Below are positions 19,553 to 28,503 of a stretch of DNA of 58,368 bases, piece by piece. The stretch's first letter is position 1. Every line of letters starts with the position of its first letter. Location of the stretch: NCBI GenBank assembly GCA_043753995.1, contig JAYUVP010000043.1:1-58368 (forward strand). Reading direction: 5' to 3'. Source of the DNA: Fibrobacterota bacterium (GTDB lineage Bacteria; Fibrobacterota; Fibrobacteria; UBA11236). The notes under the pieces were generated by a model, which was not told the DNA's origin, did not search any database, and worked only from the letters and a program-made list of their open reading frames with translations. A program made the translations under genes and the position numbers.

Positions 19553-20859
19553 AAGGATAACGTGGCGCCAACCCAGGATTGCAAATCCACGTCTTGAAAA
19601 GCAATACGGCTATTTAGGCGCAACTTGTCATACCAGGCATGCTCCGTCTCATAGAGCGCGCGATTGTGATACCGGGCAGCGAGCGCCGCATCGATAGCGC
19701 TGATGATATGATTCGCCACCAGGCCACCGATGAAATTCGCCTGCATTTTGGAATAGCGTTCGGCCCTTTGTCGCATGGACACATATTGATCTCGGGCCGC
19801 GCTGCGTGCGTCGATACCGGTGTCAGGCAGGGCGCGCACTTCGACGTCTTTCCAACCTTGAATGAATTCCTGCTCCTTGCCAATGATTTCATAGAATTCG
19901 AAAACATCCCGAAACTTGGCTCGATTTTGCCCAATGGCCTCGGCGCTCAAATTGGCATCGCTATACTGGCGACGGAATTCACCCAGCTGCGAGGAAAAAT
20001 TTTCAGCGCTGTCATAGTCATTGCATCCGAGATAAAGGTTTTTCGCCGCACTTGAACCGTCTTGATTGATGACGGTGCCGCAATAATAGGCGCGGTTGAC
20101 ATTTGCCTTTATGAAGTCGGCCGGGGATGATTTGCTGCTAGCAACGCCGAAGCGTTGACTGAGGCTGTCTTCGTATTTGCTGAGACTCCAATTTTCATCG
20201 GCATGCTGCCGATAGCGCTTCACCTGTCGATCATGCTTGACGACAACATATTGATACCAAGCCACGCCCAAGGAAACGTCGATGAGAAGGTAGGTCGCAG
20301 CGCGAGCATAATTGAATGCGGTTTGGCCGACATAGGCCTGACCCAATCCTGGCACCACCAAGGACATGAACAGGGCTTTCTTCGGCGAGCGATAGCGCCC
20401 TTTCATTTCATCCAGGGTATTCACCGTGACTTCACGTACCACCCGCTGGCGCTTCACTTTCTTTTCTGCGACCTTGGCGGTATCGACCGTCTTGATCTCA
20501 GCGTTTTTCACGGTGTCGGCAATCAAGGCTTTGGACTTGACTGAGTCCACCGCCGCACCTGCTATACCTGTATCCGGCTTTGCGGCTTTTGCCGAATCCG
20601 GTTTCACCGCGACCGCGCTGTCCCGACTTGCCTTCGCGGCCGAATCTTTAACCGTGACGCTGGTGTCTTTTGCCGGGGAGGACTTGATTTGAGCGGAATC
20701 GGGTTTAGGCTTGCTCACGCCATAAGGATCGGATTCGGCGGCCCGACCTTGGACGACAAAAACGGCCAAACCGCTCAGAACCCAAACCATCAGGCGGGCG
20801 GCAAAACAATAGGATGAAGTGGGCTTGCGCAAAAAATGCTCCCCAGGGTTTGTCAGCAA
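19549..20859 (-). CDS. Hypothetical exported/membrane protein (DUF5683-like); start uncertain
   Basis: Signal peptide, D(S/T)A-rich linker, SPKKALFMSLVVPGLGQAY, SAIDAA, C-terminal F. Confidence 0.7.
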   Translation of the reverse strand: MLTNPGEHFLRKPTSSYCFAARLMVWVLSGLAVFVVQGRAAESDPYGVSKPKPDSAQIKSSPAKDTSVTVKDSAAKASRDSAVAVKPDSAKAAKPDTGIAGAAVDSVKSKALIADTVKNAEIKTVDTAKVAEKKVKRQRVVREVTVNTLDEMKGRYRSPKKALFMSLVVPGLGQAYVGQTAFNYARAATYLLIDVSLGVAWYQYVVVKHDRQVKRYRQHADENWSLSKYEDSLSQRFGVASSKSSPADFIKANVNRAYYCGTVINQDGSSAAKNLYLGCNDYDSAENFSSQLGEFRRQYSDANLSAEAIGQNRAKFRDVFEFYEIIGKEQEFIQGWKDVEVRALPDTGIDARSAARDQYVSMRQRAERYSKMQANFIGGLVANHIISAIDAALAARYHNRALYETEHAWYDKLRLNSRIAFQDVDLQSWVGATLSF

Positions 20860-20894
20860 TCTACAAGACCCTTAGGGCCTCGCCAAGAATAGGC

Positions 20895-21704
20895 CTAAAG
20901 CCCCAAAACATCATTCATGGAATAAAGTCCCGGAGGGCGACCGGAAAGCCAAAGGGCGGCTCTTAAGGCGCCTTGAGCAAAAGTCATGCGGCTATGAGCC
21001 ATATGCTTCAACTCGATGCGCTCCCCGTCGCCCGCCAAGAGCACGATATGGTCGCCGACAATGTCGCCACCACGTACAGCATGAATGCCAATTTCTCCCT
21101 TGGGGCGGGCTCCAACAAGCCCTTCGCGGCCATAATTGGCTTTGTCCTTAAGGTTGACTTCATGGCCTCGGGCTACGGCCTCAGCAAAGCCTAAAGCCGT
21201 ACCGCTGGGCGAATCTTTTTTCTGGTTGTGATGGGCCTCAATAATTTCCACGTCGAAATCAGGACCCAGCGCCTTGGCCACCATTTCGGTGACCTTGAAC
21301 ATCAAATTGACGCCCAAACTCATATTGGGTGACATCAAAACGGGGATGCGCTTTGCCGCCTCCAGCACCTTAGCTTTTTGAGCTTCGTTCAAACCGGTTG
21401 TGCACAAAACATGCGCTGCACTTTGAGTGACAGCAATCTCCAAAGCGGCAAGGCTGGCTTCGGGTGAGGTGAAATCGATGATCACGGCACCGGCTTTGAG
21501 GGCTTGGTCCAGCCTGTCGGTGACGGGAACTTGCAAACCTTCGACCGTCACCGTTTCATCGGGACTGGCTTGGCCTGGGGCCTCAATACCAGCCAGCACG
21601 CGCAGGCATCCTGGCTCGGCTTTCAATTTGCGCGAACAGGCCGACAAAACCATTTGCCCCATGCGCCCACGCGCGCCCATGACCACGATATCCACAGCCT
21701 TCAT
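20895..21704 (-). CDS. dapB: 4-hydroxy-tetrahydrodipicolinate reductase
   Basis: GARGRMG, IDFT, PNMSLGVN, EAHHNQKKDSPSGTA. Confidence 0.97.
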   Translation of the reverse strand: MKAVDIVVMGARGRMGQMVLSACSRKLKAEPGCLRVLAGIEAPGQASPDETVTVEGLQVPVTDRLDQALKAGAVIIDFTSPEASLAALEIAVTQSAAHVLCTTGLNEAQKAKVLEAAKRIPVLMSPNMSLGVNLMFKVTEMVAKALGPDFDVEIIEAHHNQKKDSPSGTALGFAEAVARGHEVNLKDKANYGREGLVGARPKGEIGIHAVRGGDIVGDHIVLLAGDGERIELKHMAHSRMTFAQGALRAALWLSGRPPGLYSMNDVLGL

Positions 21705-21735
21705 CGTTTACCTCGCTCACCGGAAAAAAAGCAAT

Positions 21736-21768
21736 AAAAAAGGCAACCCGTCAGGAAGACGGATTGCC
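21736..21768 (-). terminator. Intrinsic terminator after rplI
   Basis: GGCAATCCGTC/GACGGGTTGCC stem followed by a U run on the - strand. Confidence 0.8.
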
Positions 21769-21787
21769 CTTCAATACACGAGAATAA

Positions 21788-22240
21788 TTACTTCGATTCG
21801 TCGGAGATGACCCAGAGCTTAATCTTGGCCTCGACGTCGCGATGCAATTGAACCTTGACCGTATACATGCCCAATTGCTTGATAGGTTCGGCCAGCAAAA
21901 TGTTCTTGCGATCGATATCGCGGCCGGTTTCACGCAACTTGGCGGCAATGTCCTGAGCTGTCACCGAACCATAAAGCTTCTCGCCTTCCGCCACGCGCGA
22001 AGCGATGGTGACGGAAACGTTCTGCAATTTGTCGGCAACGGTCTGCCATTGCGCGCGCTCTTGTTTGGCGCGCGCTTCGCCTAGGGCTCTTTCCTGCTCC
22101 AGCTGCTTGCGCGCGCTGGTGGTAGCCAGCACGGCCATGCCGCGGGGAAACAGGTAATTGTGGGCGTAGCCGTTCTTGACTTTGACGAGTTCCAGCGCCT
22201 TGCCCAGACCCTTCATTTCTTCTTTGAGAATGACTTCCAT
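21788..22240 (-). CDS. rplI: 50S ribosomal protein L9
   Basis: MEVILKE..LGK...VKNGYAHNYLFP, KLYGSV, PIKQLG. Confidence 0.97.
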   Translation of the reverse strand: MEVILKEEMKGLGKALELVKVKNGYAHNYLFPRGMAVLATTSARKQLEQERALGEARAKQERAQWQTVADKLQNVSVTIASRVAEGEKLYGSVTAQDIAAKLRETGRDIDRKNILLAEPIKQLGMYTVKVQLHRDVEAKIKLWVISDESK

Positions 22241-22259
22241 GGGATTTTCCTTTCGGCGC

Positions 22260-22550
22260 TCAGCGCATGTTCTCTGCCACGAAAGGCAGGAGAGCGAGAT
22301 GGCGAGCCCGCTTTACGGCGACGGCCAGCTGGCGCTGATAGCGCGCTGACGTACCGGAAAGCTTGCGCGAGACGATCTTGCCGCGTTCGTTCACGAACTT
22401 CTTAAGCAGCTTTTCGTCCTTGTAATCGATATTCTTGATCTTGTTTTCGGTGAAGTAACAGACTTTCCGCCGTTTCTTCCCGTCGCGATCCTTCTTATCC
22501 TTGCGATCTTTTTTGTCTTTTTTGTCTTTGCGATCTTTTCCAAAAGCCAC
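22260..22550 (-). CDS. rpsR: 30S ribosomal protein S18
   Basis: [30 protein letters not shown] start abuts the rpsF stop. Confidence 0.96.
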   Translation of the reverse strand: MAFGKDRKDKKDKKDRKDKKDRDGKKRRKVCYFTENKIKNIDYKDEKLLKKFVNERGKIVSRKLSGTSARYQRQLAVAVKRARHLALLPFVAENMR

Positions 22551-22916
22551 TTAGTCCTCCTTCCGGGAGCCGATAGTCTCGACTTCTTCGGTCTTGGCTT
22601 CTTCTTCGACGCGTTCCGGAGGCAAGCCCACGGGATTTTCGGCGACGGTCAGCCAGCGAAGGGCGTTTTCATTAATGCGCAAGCGCTTTTCGATTTCGGC
22701 GGGCAAAGCCGCTTCACTCTCGTAATAGAACACGGCGTATTCGCCGTGCGAACGCTTTTTGATGGGATAAGCAAGCTTGCGCTTGCCCCAGCGATCGACG
22801 CGCAGGATTTTGCCCTGGCCTTCGATTTGCTTGGTGATGGCATCGAATTCGGACGAGATGCTTTCGTCGGGGATCATGGCGTCGACGACCACCACGGTCT
22901 CATAAAATTTGGGCAT
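22551..22916 (-). CDS. rpsF: 30S ribosomal protein S6
   Basis: YET...WGKRKLAYPIKK...G.Y; ATG 22916 with SD AAGGGAGG. Confidence 0.96.
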   Translation of the reverse strand: MPKFYETVVVVDAMIPDESISSEFDAITKQIEGQGKILRVDRWGKRKLAYPIKKRSHGEYAVFYYESEAALPAEIEKRLRINENALRWLTVAENPVGLPPERVEEEAKTEEVETIGSRKED

Positions 22917-23092
22917 AAGCCCTCCCTTCGGACTTCCGTCGCTGATTGTCAAGCCAGCGTCGGTTTGGCCCCAGACTTTCCGCAGTCACGGATTCTGGAG
23001 CAGGTGATGAAAGCGAATACGGCAAAACCGCACGCTTTCGTATCCCTCCAGGCATTAAGCCGGAGGGGGAGGCAAAAATACCTCGTTTGCCT

Positions 23093-23878
23093 TTAAAATG
23101 CCAGGGTAGCGCCGGCCAACCAGGCACCTTCGACTCGGCGGCGGTCGTCGACAATGAGCAAATAGCCGTTTTGATATTCGGCAAAGACATAAAAAGCATG
23201 CACCGACTCATGCAAACGGGGCAAAAACGGCAATAAATCAAAGCTAATGCCGGGTAGAGTGCGCAAATTAAAAGTTCGCGAGGCCCGGCTGGATTCACGC
23301 GTTAGGTTGGCCAGGCTGTATTCCAAGCGATGTCCATAGGTCAAGCCGACCCAGGGCAGGGGTTTCCAGCCCAGCCCCAATTCCAAGCCCACGGCAGCGC
23401 CGGTATTGCTGAAGGTTTTGGTCAAAACATCTTTAGCTAAAGAATCGTTTTGGGGGCGCGTCGAACTGGTGAGATTCAAATTATCGACGCCCAGCTCGGG
23501 TCCAGCGAAAACCACGACCTTGCTCCAAGCTTTGTGGGCGCGAAGTGCCAGGAAATAACGGTTTTCCACCTTTTGGGCCGTATCATAGGGCTCGCCCGCC
23601 TTAATACGAAACCCCGCGGCCCCACTAAGCCAGGGGTAGTAGAAATAGCTGAGTTCGCCTTGCCATTGAAATAGGCTTTGCGATTCATCCAAATCCTTAA
23701 TCTTGCCACCGGCGAAGACGCCCACTAAACCGTGGGACACATAGGCCGTTCCGCCTGGCAGAGGAATGGAGGGTTCTTTGCGCCACGATTCATTAGCCAA
23801 GGTCTGGTTGGGGAAAGCCAATGCCATCACCCAAAATGCCAAACCCAGGCTGAATGCGATTTGGGTGAAGCGCTTCAT
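23093..23878 (-). CDS. Hypothetical outer-membrane beta-barrel protein
   Basis: Signal peptide, amphipathic strands, C-terminal ...GATLAF. Confidence 0.65.
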   Translation of the reverse strand: MKRFTQIAFSLGLAFWVMALAFPNQTLANESWRKEPSIPLPGGTAYVSHGLVGVFAGGKIKDLDESQSLFQWQGELSYFYYPWLSGAAGFRIKAGEPYDTAQKVENRYFLALRAHKAWSKVVVFAGPELGVDNLNLTSSTRPQNDSLAKDVLTKTFSNTGAAVGLELGLGWKPLPWVGLTYGHRLEYSLANLTRESSRASRTFNLRTLPGISFDLLPFLPRLHESVHAFYVFAEYQNGYLLIVDDRRRVEGAWLAGATLAF

Positions 23879-23880
23879 GT

Positions 23881-25149
23881 TTAAGCGGGGAAATAATCCC
23901 GAAAGCTATTAGGCACGATAACCGGTCGCCCGAACCTCTGGGTCAAGTCGGCTGGCGTCATGTCGTCCAGGAAGGCGCCGTTACGATTGAGGCTATTGGG
24001 AGGAATTAAAATCGGTCCCTTGCCCTGGCTTTTCTCCAGAGCGGCGGCAAAATCTTTGCCGCATAAAAGACCCGTCACCGTCACACTTTTGCCGAAGGTC
24101 AGATTTTCGCAGGAGATGAGTTCATAGCTCAAGCCCTTTTTCACACGCAGGGTTTCCAGCAATTCTCGCTGGGTTCCGCCCGCCAAATCACCCGTCAAAA
24201 CCGTGATTTCCCAGCCGGGCTTGGCCTTGGGCAATCGGCCCAATTCACGACCGAAATCATCGATGAGGGCGCGTAAGGTGCCGACGCCGTTTTCGTATTG
24301 GCTGAAGTCACCATAAAAGTCGGCCTCCGGCAAAGGTGCGCCGGTCTGCACATAAATTTCATCGCTCGCGAAAATGAAATTTTCGCCGGTTTCTTCATAC
24401 GCCTCACGCCCATGGCGCTCGACGCGCTCCAAGGTATCGCGTGCCTCTTCGAGAGTCATGCAGCGAAGGTTAGGCAGCTTTTCGCGATGTCCGGTGAGCC
24501 CTATGGGCACCACGGAAATGCTTTGCAAATGCGGCCGCAAAGGACGCAATTCCCGCAGGGATTTTTCCAGCATCTCCCCGTCATTCCACTCGGGAACGAC
24601 GACCATTTGGGTATGGAATTGCAAATCATTTTGCTTGAGCCAGTGCAATCTTTCCAGCACCGGTTCCAGCTTATCATTCTTGAGCAGGCGAGCCCGCACT
24701 TCGGGATCGGTGGCATGCACCGAGATATACAGGGGCGAAAGCCGCTGCTCCAGCACGCGTTGCCAATCCGAAGTCTTCATATTCGACAAGGTGGTGAAAT
24801 GTCCATCTAAGAAGCTATAGCGATAATCCTCGTCCTTAACATACAGGGATTTGCGCATGCCCTTGGGCGTCTGATACACAAAGCAAAACACGCAATTGTT
24901 TTTGCAGAGGTTGATTTTCATCACCTCGGGCTCAATGCCGAGCAAGGCACCTTGGGACCGCTCGACCACAACCTCTTGCTCTTGTCCTTCGCGCTCTAAG
25001 GCGAAGGTGAGCAATTCGGTGCTTTTATGGAATTCAAAATCGAGGCGATCGCGGATTTCAGCGTCATTAATACGCAAAATGCGATCCCCCGGCAAAATGC
25101 CGGCGCGTTCCGCGTCGGAACCATTTTCAACCGTAGCGACTAAAATCAT
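23881..25149 (-). CDS. PDZ + radical SAM-like DUF512 protein
   Basis: N-terminal PDZ-like, CKNNCVFCF CxxxCxxC, LYVKDEDYR, QYENGVG, VTGLL. Confidence 0.88.
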   Translation of the reverse strand: MILVATVENGSDAERAGILPGDRILRINDAEIRDRLDFEFHKSTELLTFALEREGQEQEVVVERSQGALLGIEPEVMKINLCKNNCVFCFVYQTPKGMRKSLYVKDEDYRYSFLDGHFTTLSNMKTSDWQRVLEQRLSPLYISVHATDPEVRARLLKNDKLEPVLERLHWLKQNDLQFHTQMVVVPEWNDGEMLEKSLRELRPLRPHLQSISVVPIGLTGHREKLPNLRCMTLEEARDTLERVERHGREAYEETGENFIFASDEIYVQTGAPLPEADFYGDFSQYENGVGTLRALIDDFGRELGRLPKAKPGWEITVLTGDLAGGTQRELLETLRVKKGLSYELISCENLTFGKSVTVTGLLCGKDFAAALEKSQGKGPILIPPNSLNRNGAFLDDMTPADLTQRFGRPVIVPNSFRDYFPA

Positions 25150-25209
25150 GGAATTCACCGCACCTGAGGGGAGCCCAGGCAATGTACTTCAATCGCCCTG
25201 GGGCGTATA

Positions 25210-26376
25210 ATGGCCGGGATGCAACGCGTTCTGCTGGATTTGAGACCTTTGCAAAGCGGCTATGCCGGACATGGAATTGGGCGATATACCCAGGAATTGA
25301 CCCTTGCGCTTTTGGCCTTGGCCCGCGAAGCCGGGACCGACTTCCCCTTTCGCCTACAAGCCCTCGTCTTTCGCGAAAAACCCTGGCCACAAGCCCTGGA
25401 GCCCCATCGCGAGGCTTTGCCCATTGGGCTTTTTTGCCCCGCCTGGAAGCGCACCTGGCTTTGGGATCAAATCGTTTTAGGTCCTCGCCTTGCCCTGGGG
25501 TCTTGGGATTTATTCCATAGTTTCGCTGCCCTGGGGCCTTTGGCCGCCAATTCCGTGCCTTTCCTCGGCGCTTCGCGAAGCGTCGCCACCGTGCATGATT
25601 TGCACTTGCTCGCCCCCGATGCCGAACCGGTTTTGCAGGCCTATCGCCGCACCTGGCGCATCCGCTTGCAAAGGATGGCCCTGCCCCATTGCCGCGGCCT
25701 TCTCGTCGACAGCTTGGCCGTTCAGGCCGAAGTCATGCACCATTGGCCTCAGGCACCGAAGCCCCATTGGCTTAGCCCAGGCATAGATCACCTTGCCTTC
25801 CATCCGAGCGAAAACCTCGGCCAACCACCCTACCTAGCGGGGCCACCGACCCCCTATGTTTTAGCCATGGGTGATTCGCCCAATAAAGACCTCGCCTTCG
25901 CCACCGCCGTCGTCGCCGAGGTGCAGCGCCAGGGATGGAATCTGCACCTTCACATTGTCGGCGATCCCAATCGCGCACACGCTCAACTAGGTGCCATGAC
26001 CGAGTCCCCATTTATCACCATCGCCCCAGCAGGTCGGGACGAAAATCTGATATCCCTTTATCGGAATGCCTTGGCCTTGGTCTTCCCTTCGAAAAAAGAG
26101 GGTTTCGGCTTTCCCCTGTTGGAGGCTCAAGCCTTGAATTGCCCCACTTTGGCCCTGAACCGTGAGCCCATGGCCTCCCTCGTCCATACCCCTGAACACC
26201 GTTTGCCTGCTGCCGACCTCACCGCCTGGACCCAAGCATTACTGCGATTGCATCACGACGACCTCTGGCGCGAGAAAGTGAAAAGCGAAGGAAGGTCTTT
26301 TGCCAACGGCTTCACCTGGCGCCGCACAGGCGAAAATTTGGTCGCCTACTGGAAGGAAATTTTTAGAATCCCCTGA
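25210..26376 (+). CDS. Glycosyltransferase family 4 (GT-B)
   Basis: GIGRY, TVHDL, FPSKKEGFGFPLLEA, FTW. Confidence 0.9.
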   Translation: MAGMQRVLLDLRPLQSGYAGHGIGRYTQELTLALLALAREAGTDFPFRLQALVFREKPWPQALEPHREALPIGLFCPAWKRTWLWDQIVLGPRLALGSWDLFHSFAALGPLAANSVPFLGASRSVATVHDLHLLAPDAEPVLQAYRRTWRIRLQRMALPHCRGLLVDSLAVQAEVMHHWPQAPKPHWLSPGIDHLAFHPSENLGQPPYLAGPPTPYVLAMGDSPNKDLAFATAVVAEVQRQGWNLHLHIVGDPNRAHAQLGAMTESPFITIAPAGRDENLISLYRNALALVFPSKKEGFGFPLLEAQALNCPTLALNREPMASLVHTPEHRLPAADLTAWTQALLRLHHDDLWREKVKSEGRSFANGFTWRRTGENLVAYWKEIFRIP

Positions 26377-26461
26377 TCCAGGGTGATAGCACGCACCTAT
26401 CGAAGTACCTTTCTCCCCCGGTCATAATGGCGTATCCGCGCCTAAACCTTGTTTTGGATTT

Positions 26462-26544
26462 GCCTGAGTGGCGGAATGGTAGACGCTGAGGACTTAAAAT
26501 CCTTTGGTCGTAAGGCCGTACGAGTTCAAGTCTCGTCTCGGGCA
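26462..26544 (+). tRNA. tRNA-Leu(TAA)
   Basis: GCCTGAG/CTCGGGC acceptor stem, anticodon loop CT-TAA-AA, long variable arm, GTTCAAG T-loop; CCA not encoded. Confidence 0.95.
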
Positions 26545-26552
26545 TAATCCAT

Positions 26553-27158
26553 ATGCAAGACAGCAAAAACGCAAAGAAACCAGTCCCGGCCATTTTTTTG
26601 GATCGCGACGGTACCCTCAATGTCGATACCCAATATTTGATTCGCTTCGAAGACTTTAAGGTTATTCCTGGGGTCGAAGAGGCCTTAAAAGACCTGCAAA
26701 ATAAGGGTTACCAACTCTTCGTCGTCAGTAATCAAAGTGGCGTGGCGCGTGGCTATTTCACCTTGGATCAAGTCATGGAACTCAATTGGCGAATTAAGGA
26801 CTATTTCGCCAATCAAGGCATTCATTTTGCCGACATGGTGATTTGTCCTCATCTTCCGGAGGGGAAGGTGGCGAAATTTTCCAAAAATTGCTCATGCCGA
26901 AAACCACTTCCCGGGATGATCTTAGAACTGCTGGAACGCTATCCTATTGATGTGAAAGGGTCGTATATGGTCGGAGATCGCCTCATTGATGTGATTTCAG
27001 GACAAGCCGCCGGACTCCAAGGAGTTAGGATTGGGACAAGACTATCTACGGATTCCATTGACACCACCGATGATTTTAGGGAATTTGCCACTTTATTGGA
27101 TTTTGCCCGCAGTTTGGGCCCCGTCAAGTCCGGGGTTGCCAATCCAAATGCGATTTGA
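26553..27158 (+). CDS. gmhB: D-glycero-D-manno-heptose 1,7-bisphosphate phosphatase (HAD)
   Basis: FLDRDGTLN, NQSGVARG, CPH...CSCRKP, MVGD. Confidence 0.92.
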   Translation: MQDSKNAKKPVPAIFLDRDGTLNVDTQYLIRFEDFKVIPGVEEALKDLQNKGYQLFVVSNQSGVARGYFTLDQVMELNWRIKDYFANQGIHFADMVICPHLPEGKVAKFSKNCSCRKPLPGMILELLERYPIDVKGSYMVGDRLIDVISGQAAGLQGVRIGTRLSTDSIDTTDDFREFATLLDFARSLGPVKSGVANPNAI

Positions 27159-27173
27159 GTCGGGAGCCTCCTA

Positions 27174-27587
27174 ATGGACAAGGACATGAAAATACTGGCT
27201 GAGATGTTCGATGCTGGCCAACTGGGCAGCATATGCGAGCATGTTCTCGATTTTGTGAATCGCCATCGCCAAGACATCATCAAAATGGCCCAAGGCAAAG
27301 AAGATGTCCACCTGCTGGAAGCCACCAAAATTTTGGTTCGCCAACGCGGGTCCATTCACTTGCCATCGGAAATGGCCGATCAAATTCGCGAAATCAACAA
27401 TGAAATTTGGTATCGCGGCGAAAAAGGCGACTTTGATCGCGCCAAGATCAAGGAAGAATGGGCCATGAAATACGCCGGTGCTTGGCGTACATGGCGCGTC
27501 CGCGAAATCATTTATGTGATTGAGCGCATGGCAGTACCCATTATAAACTCCTTGCGAAAAACCGCTGCGCACCATTCGGTGACCTAG
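27174..27587 (+). CDS. Hypothetical cytoplasmic helical protein
   Basis: ATG with SD GGGAG; host-like codon use; EINNEIWYRGEK...EWAMKYAGAWR motif. Confidence 0.75.
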   Translation: MDKDMKILAEMFDAGQLGSICEHVLDFVNRHRQDIIKMAQGKEDVHLLEATKILVRQRGSIHLPSEMADQIREINNEIWYRGEKGDFDRAKIKEEWAMKYAGAWRTWRVREIIYVIERMAVPIINSLRKTAAHHSVT

Positions 27588-27682
27588 GACACAGCCCGGC
27601 GATTTTCTTCCAGCTACCTTTGCATCGCTTCGTGGCCGAATCCCGCTCAGGGCTTTGAGTCCACACCGGAAAGCGAGTTCGC

Positions 27683-28393
27683 ATGTCCAGTTCCGAAAAT
27701 CCCCGTCCTGCCCCAGCCCAAGGCTCCCAACCGGGAGCCGATCATCTTTTCGGTTTTTTCGAGCGACTCAAAACCATGAGCTCGATACAACGCTTCGGCA
27801 CCTTGCCCATGATACAGAGCGAAAGCGTGGCCTCGCATAGCTATAACGTCGCCATCCTAAGCCTGATGATTTCGGACTATGAGCCCGAACTCGTCGTCGA
27901 TCGTGAATTGCTTTTGCGCAAAGCGCTTTTCCATGATTTCGAAGAAACCATTCTCTCGGATATCCCCCATCCCATCAAGCATCGTTTCAAAGGCGGTAAG
28001 CTCGGCAAGTTGCTTGAAGAAATTGTTCCCGAACTTGTGGAAAATGAAATCTTCAAGGAATTGCCCCCCGATTTGCGCGACCGGTATGCGCGCGTGACCA
28101 TCGCCTCCAAAGAAGGCCTGGAAGGCCGCATGGTGGCCGCTGCGGACGCCATGGACATCGTGGTGACGGCTTTGCGTGAAGTGAAAATGGGGAATAAATA
28201 TTTCGAGCACATTTTCGTAGTTGGCTTAAAAATCCTCGAAGCCTTTCACCAATTTCGCTTTGCACGCATTTTCGCCGAAAGCGCTCTCAGTTATCGCGAG
28301 CGTGACGAATTGGCTTCGGCACAGCCGACTTTCACCGACGAGTTTTTGCAAGGCGCGACTCGTCTCGGCGATATAGGCATGAACCCATTGTAG
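27683..28393 (+). CDS. HD-domain hydrolase, YfbR-like 5'-deoxynucleotidase
   Basis: LKTMSSIQRF, ESVASHS, ALFHDFEE, DIPHPIK, AAD. Confidence 0.85.
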   Translation: MSSSENPRPAPAQGSQPGADHLFGFFERLKTMSSIQRFGTLPMIQSESVASHSYNVAILSLMISDYEPELVVDRELLLRKALFHDFEETILSDIPHPIKHRFKGGKLGKLLEEIVPELVENEIFKELPPDLRDRYARVTIASKEGLEGRMVAAADAMDIVVTALREVKMGNKYFEHIFVVGLKILEAFHQFRFARIFAESALSYRERDELASAQPTFTDEFLQGATRLGDIGMNPL

Positions 28394-28503
28394 GGATTGG
28401 TATCAAAAGCCAACAGCAGTGAAACAAGATCGAAGCCGAATTCGGCAACGACCTTTCGGATTCAGGTTAGCTTCCTGACTTCCTTTTACGATTTGAGCAG
28501 GCG

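Noticed and set aside
28435..28446. Palindrome GCCGAATTCGGC upstream of the PQQ-like gene
   Set aside because: Single short palindrome with no further support
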